A DNA stretch of 64,000 bases from Octopus sinensis (lineage: Eukaryota), in assembly GCF_006345805.1 (NCBI RefSeq), contig NC_043009.1:31310001-31374000 (forward strand), given 5' to 3'. The translations under genes were made by a program, and so were the position numbers. Of this stretch, positions 54,805 to 64,000 are shown in pieces. The notes beneath the pieces are model-generated. The model saw only the letters and a program-made list of their open reading frames with translations, was not told the origin of the DNA and did not search any database. The first letter of the stretch is position 1. Every line of letters begins with the position of its first letter.

Positions 54805-55784
54805 CAATGTTTTCAGGCAAAATTTGACAGTCTTCATGAAATAGAAAAAAACACTTTATCTCATATCCAAAAATAAAAATATTTTAAAAAATCAAAAAAT
54901 GTCAACTAGATTATGGCTGGCAGATAATATTGATAGCTTACTCAAAGTAGCTGCCCCTCATCTTCCACAATGGCCTTGAAATGGCCTTGGAACCTGGTGC
55001 ATACATTCCTCACAGTGTCTCTGGGAAGATCTTTAAGCACCTCTTTGATCTTGGTCACCAGATTAGCCGTAGTGTTGCACACAGGGCAGTTAGTGTTTTT
55101 CTCAACTATGCTCCATGCAAAGTAACCCTTGAGATTTCAACTGGGGTTAGGAGACCAGAATTTAGGGCTGGTGAAGTCATAGACATTTTCCAGCAATCAC
55201 TTCTGAATCTGTCCGGAGGTAAAGTAAGGAACTGAGTTCTGCTACCACACAAATATGGCCTTCCAGCAACAACCCTCTCCAGCCAGGGTTTGACTACAGT
55301 CTCCAACAGCTCCACATAGTGGTCTGAATTGAGCCTAAAGCCCTGTTCAAAGATGTGGGGTAGTATGACATCGTCATCACTGGAGATACACACAAAAAAA
55401 CCATCACGGTTCAGGGAAACTTGCTTTGTTTGATGTCTATGTCTTGTCTCAGAACCTTTACAATGTCCACATAGCATTGAACAGCAGTCATAATGTCAAT
55501 GTTTTGATACCTGGCATGAATCATCATGACAGGGGTAACTCATTACCCAATATTCAAATGGCTTTCAATTCTCCATTCCAGCTAACTTTTTCCCAACTAC
55601 AACTTTAGTTTTGATGCTCTTCAATGTTGGTGACCGTTCACCCATACATCAAACTGTTCTTTAAAAAAGAGAGATATAAATGACCATCAAATTTCACCCC
55701 AAAAGACTGTTCGTGTAAAACTCTCCCAGTTCTGATGGTTTACCATCAAAGGCTACACTAATTTCACCATTCTTCCCAACACTG
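54805..55784 (-). mobile_element. maT/DD37D-like mariner transposon remnant
   Basis: Minus ORF SSDDDVILPHIFEQGFRLNSDHYVELLETVVKPWLERVVAGRPY; TIR-like right end ctaatttcaccattcttcccaacactg. Subfamily assignment is from recalled similarity only. Confidence 0.8.
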
Positions 55785-56339
55785 CAATATGAGATATTAA
55801 TTGCATTACAAGAATAGATGTTGATAAACAATTGAACAGAGACTCGATATTCTAAAATACAATTTTCAAATTAATCTCATAATGAATTAAATTTCCTAAT
55901 CTTAAATTTATTTCAGAAATCTATAGATTACATTTTCAATATCAAGCAAAAGTAACGTCGTTAATTATATTTTAAATAAAAATATACCAGATCCAACAAT
56001 TCTAAAACCTATGCAAACACACGCACACATTTATGCATACATACATACACACACACATACATACATACATACGTGCATACATACATACATACATACATAC
56101 ATACATACATACATACATACATACATACGATGCCAGTGAGCAATCCAAATATTTAAAGTTAATGTGAACTTTTTCCTTGGGAAACATAAGAACTCTATCC
56201 AAAAAATCACTATGATCCTTTAGTTTAATATTTAATTGCGTCTATAAACAACTTCATAAAAAATATATCTATTGGTCTATTCTGTTTGTCTGTCTATCTA
56301 TGCACGTGTATGCATATATTTATATATGTATCTGTGTAT

Positions 56340-56344
56340 ATGTA

Positions 56345-56397
<53 letters not shown>

Positions 56398-56530
56398 GTC
56401 CATCTATCTATCTATCCATCTATCTATTTATCTATCTATCTATCTATCTATCCATCTATCTGTCTATCTATTTGTCTATTTATCTATCTATCTATCCATC
56501 TATCTGTCTATTTATCTATCTATCTGTCAG
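56340..56530. repeat. (TATC)n microsatellite
   Basis: Direct inspection. Confidence 0.96.
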
Positions 56531-56550
56531 TCTGTCTCTTTGTTTCTCTC

Positions 56551-56569
<19 letters not shown>

Positions 56570-56581
<12 letters not shown>

Positions 56582-57496
56582 GTTATATATAAATATATAT
56601 ATGTATATATATATACAAAATACCAGCAATCCCTTTTTCTAACTTGTTATGTGTGTGTGTGTAATACATACCATTATGGAATACAAGGACTTTATCCAGT
56701 ATTTCATGTTTAACATAGGCCTGCAAACAATTTAGATTTTAAATTTAGAAGCCTGGCATGTACATACACCAGATAGGTAGGTGTTGTTTATTAAAACAGA
56801 AGCTTCTTTTTAAACATACAACAAGAGTGTGCCTGGGAAATGTACATGCTGGCCTTCTAAATTGAAATTTAAATTGGTTGCAGACTTGTATTAAACATAA
56901 AATACTGACTAACACTCTTGTAATCCACAACAGAATATTGTGTGTGTATGTATATATGTTTATGTATATGCATGCATATGTATGAATATATATGCATATA
57001 TATACATATATATGTATATATATGCATATATATATATATTATATATATATATATGTTATATATAAATATATATATGTATATATATATACAAAATACCAGC
57101 AATCCCTTTTTCTAACTTGTTATGTGTGTGTGTGTAATACATACCATTATGGAATACAAGGACTTTATCCAGTATTTCATGTTTAACATAGGCCTGCAAA
57201 CAATTTAGATTTTAAATTTAGAAGCCTGGCATGTACATACACCAGATAGGTAGGTGTTGTTTATTAAAACAGAAGCTTCTTTTTAAACATACAACAAGAG
57301 TGTGCCTGGGAAATGTACATGCTGGCCTTCTAAATTTGAAATTTAAATTGGTTGCAGACTTGTATTAAACATAAAATACTGACTAACACTCTTGTAATCC
57401 ACAACAGAATATTGTGTGTGTATGTATATATGTTTATGTATATGCATGCATATGTATGAATATATATGCATATATATACATATATATGTATATATA

Positions 57497-57520
<24 letters not shown>
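56570..57520 (+). repeat. Tandem duplication, 2 x ~474 bp, bounded by (TA)n
   Basis: Anchor caaaataccagcaatccc at 56616 and 57089; the differences seen in unique sequence are homopolymer indels. Confidence 0.95.
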
Positions 57521-57529
<9 letters not shown>

Positions 57530-57548
<19 letters not shown>

Positions 57549-59262
57549 TATAAACAGATAGATTCATACATGTGTACATGTGTCGTCATCATCGTCATTG
57601 TCATCATCATCATCATCATCATCATTATTTCCATCATTATTTTTACATCTGTTTTTTTTTTGTGCCCCAGCACGGCATTTCACTATTTCTTTGTGATCCT
57701 TTGTTATTATCTTCATGAGGTTCAACTTTTATTTATCTTTCACCATTTCCTCCGATGTTTTTTCCCTACTATATTCCTCTTCTTCAGATTCATTCTTCTT
57801 TCATCACAACTCTTCTTTACCTGCCTGACATTCCCCACTCATATCACCTCTGTAGCAGCACATTCTCCTATCTTCGATGCTATACTGGATTCCTCGTACA
57901 CCCACTTTTTTCTCCCAACTCATTGTGCCCCTTCCAGGGAAATATTACACCTTGTTTCAATTCTGATTTCAAATATCTTTCATGTTCAGGGCCATGTTTC
58001 ACTATGCTCCAACATCACACTTCATATACAGACACCAAATAAATCTGCACTTCACTCAGAGATAACACTTCTGTTTGTTGCCAGTAGCACTCTCTGAATT
58101 TTTTCTAACCCATTCTAGGTTTCACTCCTATGCTTTAAGAACACCTTTCAGCAAAAAATAAAACCAACAAAATCTATGTTATTTATGAGCATTTAAGAGA
58201 TTTTGATTTATGGATTCACTTCCTGCTAATTGCTCCTGTTCCTCTGCTACATATAAAGACAGGTTTTTCTCTAATTATATACCTTTGCCCTATATATATA
58301 TATATTATATATATTATTATAATTAACCCTTTATTATAATTAATATAATCCTTGTTGCAATTAACCCTTTATTATAATTAATATAATCCTTACCAAATAT
58401 GGTCTTTTCCATACCGATAAACTACTAGGTGAAATTTATTAATTTTATTAAATTAATTATATTTCACCCTTTTTGTATATATATATATATATTATATATA
58501 TATATATATAAGTATAAACAGATAGATTCATACATGTGTACATGTGTCGTCATCATCGTCATTGTCATCATCATCATCATCATCATCATTATTTCCATCA
58601 TTATTTTTACATCTGTTTTTTTTTTGTGCCCCAGCACGGCATTTCACTATTTCTTTGTGATCCTTTGTTATTATCTTCATGAGGTTCAACTTTTAATTTA
58701 TCTTTCACCATTTCCTCCGATGTTTTTTCCCTACTATATTCCTCTTCTTCAGATTCATTCTTCTTTCATCACAAGACTCTTCTTTACCTGCCTGACATTC
58801 CCCACTCATATCACCTCTGTAGCAGCACATTCTCCTATCTTCGATGCTATACTGGATTCCTCGTACACCCACTTTTTTCTCCCAACTCATTTGTGCCCCT
58901 TCCAGGGAAATATTTACACCTTGTTTCAATTCTGATTTCAAATATCTTTCATGTTCAGGGGCCATGTTTCACTATGCTCCAACATCACACTTCATATACA
59001 GACACCAAATAAATCTGCACTTCACTCAGAGATAACACTTCTGTTTGTTGCCAGTAGCACTCTCTGAATTTTTTCTAACCCATTCTAGGTTTCACTCCTA
59101 TGCTTTAAGAACACCTTTCAGCAAAAAATAAAACCAACAAAATCTATGTTATTTATGAGCATTTAAGAGATTTTAATTTATGGATTCACTTCCTGCTAAT
59201 TGCTCCTGTTCCTCTGCTACATATAAAGACAGGTTTTCTCTCTAATTAATATACCTTTGCCC

Positions 59263-59294
<32 letters not shown>

Positions 59295-59460
59295 TTATAA
59301 TTAACCCTTTATTATAATTAATATAATCCTTGTTGCAATTAACCCTTTATTATAATTAATATAATCCTTACCAAATATGGTCTTTTCCATACCGATAAAC
59401 TACTAGGTGAAATTTATTAATTTTATTAAATTAATTATATTTCACCCTTTTTGTATATAT
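57530..59460 (+). repeat. Tandem duplication, 2 x ~964 bp, bounded by (TA)n
   Basis: Anchor agtataaacagatagattcataca at ~57547 and ~58511; mostly 1-2 bp indels. Confidence 0.95.
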
Positions 59461-59964
59461 ATATATATATATATATACATACATAGAGAGAGAGAAAGAG
59501 AGAGATCAGATTGGAGCCTGGTGCAGCCGCTGGCTCTCCAGACCTCAGTCAAACCGTCCAACCCATGCCAGCATGGAAAACAGACGTTAATCGATGATGA
59601 TGATGATGATGATATGTTTGTATCATGTTCATTCATCCTATTGTCTCGAAATAAGAACCAAGTACACTCTGTAAAATGATTGGCATTAGGAAACGCATTC
59701 TGCTGTAGTAATTATGCCAAAGCAGACATTGGATTTGACATGGTCCTCCTGCTCATCGGATCCTGCCAAAACTGTATTACCCATCCCTGCCTGGACGACA
59801 AGTGGTTAATGATGAAGATGATGATGATGATGATGACAACAATCATGATGATGATGTATGCGTAGGTGAGTGTTTATCAAAACAGAGGCTTCTTTTTACA
59901 CAAGCAACAAGAGTGTGCCAAAAATTTCAGGGCTTGTGCCTAGGGTAGAAAAGATTATTTTAAA

Positions 59965-60180
59965 GGCAGTGAGCTGGCAGAAACGCTGCCACGTCAGGCG
60001 AAATGCTTAGTGGTATTTCGTTTGTCTTTACATTCTGAGTTCAAATTCCACTAAGGTCAAATTTGCCTTTCATCCTTTCGGGGATCAATGAAATATATAC
60101 CAGTTGCATATTGGCATTGATCTAATCGACTAGCCCACTCCCCTCAAATGTCTGGCCTTGTACCTTGAGTAGAAAAGATT
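59965..60180 (+). mobile_element. tRNA-derived SINE (family B)
   Basis: ggcagtgagctggcagaaacg...ttctgagttcaaattcc...tttgcctttcatcctttcgggg. Confidence 0.85.
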
Positions 60181-60304
60181 ATTAACTCTTTTCAGGGTCG
60201 GATGGCATGCTTATTTATTAATATTATTTTGAATGAGTCATGCATTACTTGGTAGCTATGATATTTTAATGAGTAACTGTTTATATTTGGAATGACATTC
60301 TAAG

Positions 60305-60490
60305 CACAGGGCCTGAAATTTTTGGGGAGGGGACCAGTCAATTAGATCGACCTCAGTATGCAACTGGTACTTAATTTATTGACTCCAAAATGATGAAAGG
60401 CAAAGTCAACATCAGTGGAATTTGAACTCAGAATGTAAAGACAGATGAAATACTGCTAAGCATTTCATCCGGCATGCTAACGTTTCTGCC
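60305..60490 (-). mobile_element. tRNA-derived SINE (family B), inverted relative to 59965-60180
   Basis: tgaaaggcaaagtcaac...ggaatttgaactcagaatgtaaagacagatgaaatac...ctaagcatttc. Confidence 0.85.
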
Positions 60491-60539
60491 ATATTTGGAA
60501 TGGCATTATTGGATAGGTGTGAGAAAAATAAAGCTACCT

Positions 60540-60778
60540 TCTCTAGTCATACTGACTCATAAGCGCCGGTTTCCTAGTTTCCTGGTGCATAAATTCCCCA
60601 CATGGATGAGACACCAGTCTCTTGCAGGGTTACTCATATTTTCCAGGTGAGTGGACTGGAGCAACGTGAAATGAAGTATCTTGTTCAAGAATGCAATGCG
60701 TTGACCAGTCCAGGAATAGAAACTACAATCTTTCAATCATGAGTCCAACACCCTAACCACTAAGCCACATGCCTCCAT
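60540..60778 (-). mobile_element. tRNA-derived CORE-like SINE
   Basis: gtggactggagcaacgtgaaatgaagtatcttgttcaagaatgcaatgc...ctaaccactaagccac. Confidence 0.8.
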
Positions 60779-61386
60779 AGGGTAGGTGTGAGAGGCTGGA
60801 TCTGACTGGTTTGATAATAGGACAGGTAGAATATTTGGGCCAGATATATTTGGCTTAAATGCTAAAGGGTTAAGATGGTGTTTGGAACATAAATTAGCAA
60901 GAAATTTTGATGGAAAGTTTTATTTCGGTCAGTTAAAAGAAAGGAGTTTGTTTCAGAGCAGCATGAATGGTTTGAGGCAGGGTCAAAGCTATTAAACAAT
61001 CTGATTAAAACAATAAGGAATAATGGAAATGGGAAATGGAAAGACACAGCATTATGTTCTTTGATTTTTATCTCTATCAATTTATATTTCAATTCCAGCA
61101 GAATTAATTCTACATTTTATGACTCCATGGTGCTAATACCAAAGATTATATACATTTCTATAGATTTGTGATTTGATACCTTTGTCAGAAATAATTCTTC
61201 ATGGAATCGGTTTCTCATTCTTTTAACATGTATTCATGTAATATATATATATATACGTATGTATGTATATATATGTATATATATGTGTATATATATATGT
61301 ATGCATATATATATATATATGCATGCATGTATGTGTCTGTATGCATACATACACACATATATATATATGTATGTATGTATACATGT

Positions 61387-61444
<58 letters not shown>

Positions 61445-61809
61445 ACACACACATACATATATATTTGTGTATTTTCAGGCACACACACATGCACATATAC
61501 ACACACACATATACACACACTCAAACACATACACACACACACACACACACACACCCAACAAATCTGATTTCAGCTGCTGTGTTTTGTTTATCCTATGGCA
61601 CATGCATGACAATTTAGTTACAAGAAAACAGGATTTCATACAATCCATAACAACATCGAGTTGCTGCTGTTTTCTATCCAATGGACAGGAAAGAATTATT
61701 TTGAAAGAAGCAAATAAATAAACACTGTGTATTAGTACAAACAACAGACAAACACGTAAATATGAGTACAACAAGCGAGAAATAGAAATATAGGTAAGCA
61801 TTGAGAAGT

Positions 61810-62125
61810 ACATAAATAAATATAGTATATATAAATATATATAAATATATATAGTATATATAAATATATAAATATATATAAATAAATATAGTATATATAA
61901 TATATATAAATATATATAAATAAATATAGTATATATAAATATATATAAATATATAAATAAATATAGTATATATAAATATATATAAATATATATAAATAAT
62001 ATAGTATATATAAATATATATAAATATATATAAATAAATATAGTATATATAAATATATATAAATAAATATAAATAAATATAGTATATATAAATATATATA
62101 AATAAATATATATAAATAGATATAG
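61810..62125. repeat. AT-rich minisatellite (~30-40 bp unit aaataaatatagtatatataaatatatat, about 9 copies)
   Basis: Periodic single G (atagtata); source of the 257-aa spurious ORF. Confidence 0.9.
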
Positions 62126-63174
62126 TGTATATAAAATGCATTTTTTTTCTGTTTGTTTCAATGTCAAGTTTTTGTATTTACCATTGATTTGAAAAAAAAA
62201 ACTAAATCGCCAAATGTGCCGTAGAGCTAAGATATACCAGAGAAGCACCAGGGGAAACTAAAGCAATTCGATGTTTGTTTAGTTTTAGTAGAAGTTAAGA
62301 ATTAAATAGAAAATTTCATAAAAAGAGGAAAATAAACATGGCGCATTATTTTTCTAAATTAAATTGGAATATTTTCTACAGGGTTTTCATAGCTGCTTGT
62401 CTTTTCAGATAGTTTTGAAAAATTTTCAAAATGTATTTTGTTCCTATTAATCATGTTGAGAATAAATCAAAACAGAAGAGAGTGTCAGCAGAAATATCAT
62501 TTGCAAATACAACAACAACAACAATAATAATAACAACAACAACAATAGCAACAACATCAACAACAACAAATATAATATAAAAAATTTAAAGCAATGTTAT
62601 ATTTTCATTTGGGGAATAAAACGTTTTTCTAACCATCAGGTGAAATGAAAATAAAAATGAAAAACAATATATAATTTCAAAGTTTAGAATGAGAGAATAT
62701 TCTAAGAAAAACATGATATACCAAAGTCAATTTAGAGAGTACTGAACATGAAATATAGCGTAGTCATTGTAGAATATGGTAACCCTGATATATCATAGAC
62801 ATTTTAGAGAGAATGGCTAATGTGATACATACATATGCATCCATATGTCATCACCATTATCATCAATTTTAATATTCATCTTTCCACGTTTGCATGGGTC
62901 AGACGAAATTCGCCGAGGCAGATTTTCTACGACTGGATGCTCTTCTTGTTATCAACTGTCACATATTTCCAAGTAATATAATATTTCCCCATGGCCAGAC
63001 ATTTTTACAAACAAGTTTGGAAACGAAGCATCATACTGCTTTTATGAAGATGTCTTTCACTTACAATTATCCTGCAATGACAAGACAAGGAGGCATAAAC
63101 ACTCCCACACACCTATATATACCTTGCCCATACACATTCATGTGTGTGAGTGTGTGTCTGTGTGTGTGTGTATG

Positions 63175-63206
<32 letters not shown>

Positions 63207-63227
63207 TATATATATATATATATGTAT

Positions 63228-63395
63228 ATATATATAGGGAGTTTACAAAAAAAACAAAAGACGAAGACGGGTGGTGTACAAAACAAACAGATGTATTAGT
63301 ATAATGCTCAGGAATAGAAAAAGTCTTTTACGTTTCGAGCCTATACTCTTCTACAGAAAGGTACACAGAAAAAACAAGGAGCAAAAAAAATGTAT
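63228..63395 (-). mobile_element. Penelope-like terminal remnant with a hammerhead motif at 63325-63360
   Basis: Minus CUUU-CUGUAGA-A-GAG-UAUAGG-CUC-GAAAC-GU-A^AAAG; core has an A-to-U change; flanked by (TA)n. Confidence 0.65.
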
Positions 63396-63662
63396 ATATA
63401 TATATAAGTAAGATTCAGTTGAATTAGGTTATTGAGGCACCTCGTTAGGTCGGAATAACATAATAACAACTATATTATGTAAATACCAAATTTGGTACCT
63501 AACTATCGGCTGACTGATATTCTTGCAGTGTATGAAGACAATTAGACCCAGCTGAATGAAGAAATCCACTCATGTGCTATTCAGACATGTACATTATATT
63601 AAATATACTGCTCATAATATTTATGATGGGCAGATTCCAAGACAGGTGAATAAGATATAAAT

Positions 63663-64000
63663 GAGGAACAGTAGAGGAACAGGTATCAATCCATTACAGC
63701 CCGGATTCTAATGACTCCTTTAATTGATTAATGAAAACATTACATCATTGACAGTGATTCTGCTATTTCAGTTGATAGACTGCATTTTGTCAACTGAAAT
63801 AGTAGCAGAATCATTGTAAATGTTTTTGATTCGTGGATTTTAAACTATTTTAAATCATTTTCAATGTCCTTCATTTTGAAGTTTGTGAATTCATCTAATG
63901 GAAACGGTTTCATTATAATGATGTAATGTTTTCATTGATCAATTAATTGTGTTGTCAGAAACGGCTGTATTGGATTGACACCTGTACCTCTCCTGTTACT
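63663..64000. mobile_element. Foldback MITE / long hairpin (reaches the window edge)
   Basis: 63663-63700 pairs with 63963-64000, 63718-63750 with 63916-63948, and 63750-63775 with 63789-63818; ~100-bp unpaired insert in the right arm. Confidence 0.8.

Overview
Eukaryotic, very AT-rich, repeat-saturated DNA with no prokaryotic genes, CRISPR array, rRNA or true tRNA gene. The tRNA-derived SINE families, RTE-type (GAT)n tails, CR1/RTE/Dong-R4 remnants and extreme (TA)n/(CA)n/(GATA)n density point to an octopus genome (inference from repeat families, no database search). Almost every ORF in the supplied track is a microsatellite or repeat artefact. No host gene can be named; only a few weak candidate exons were found. 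Identifiable coding remnants all belong to decayed transposons: two CR1-like LINEs, RTE, Dong/R4 and three Tc1/mariner families. There is also a canonical non-autonomous Helitron and several MITEs. Most notable: (1) a 341-bp insertion with an exact 18-bp target-site duplication carrying a type I hammerhead ribozyme whose six deviations from a fully paired reconstruction are all CpG-type transitions (retrozyme-like); (2) several Penelope-type minimal hammerhead motifs with covarying helices; (3) an ~820-bp inverted repeat whose identity decays at both edges, enclosing a candidate microexon; (4) an inverted repeat whose arms each hold a 104-nt GT-AG intron-like unit; (5) (TA)n-bounded palindromic and tandem duplications that may be assembly artefacts. 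Identity values are by-eye estimates.
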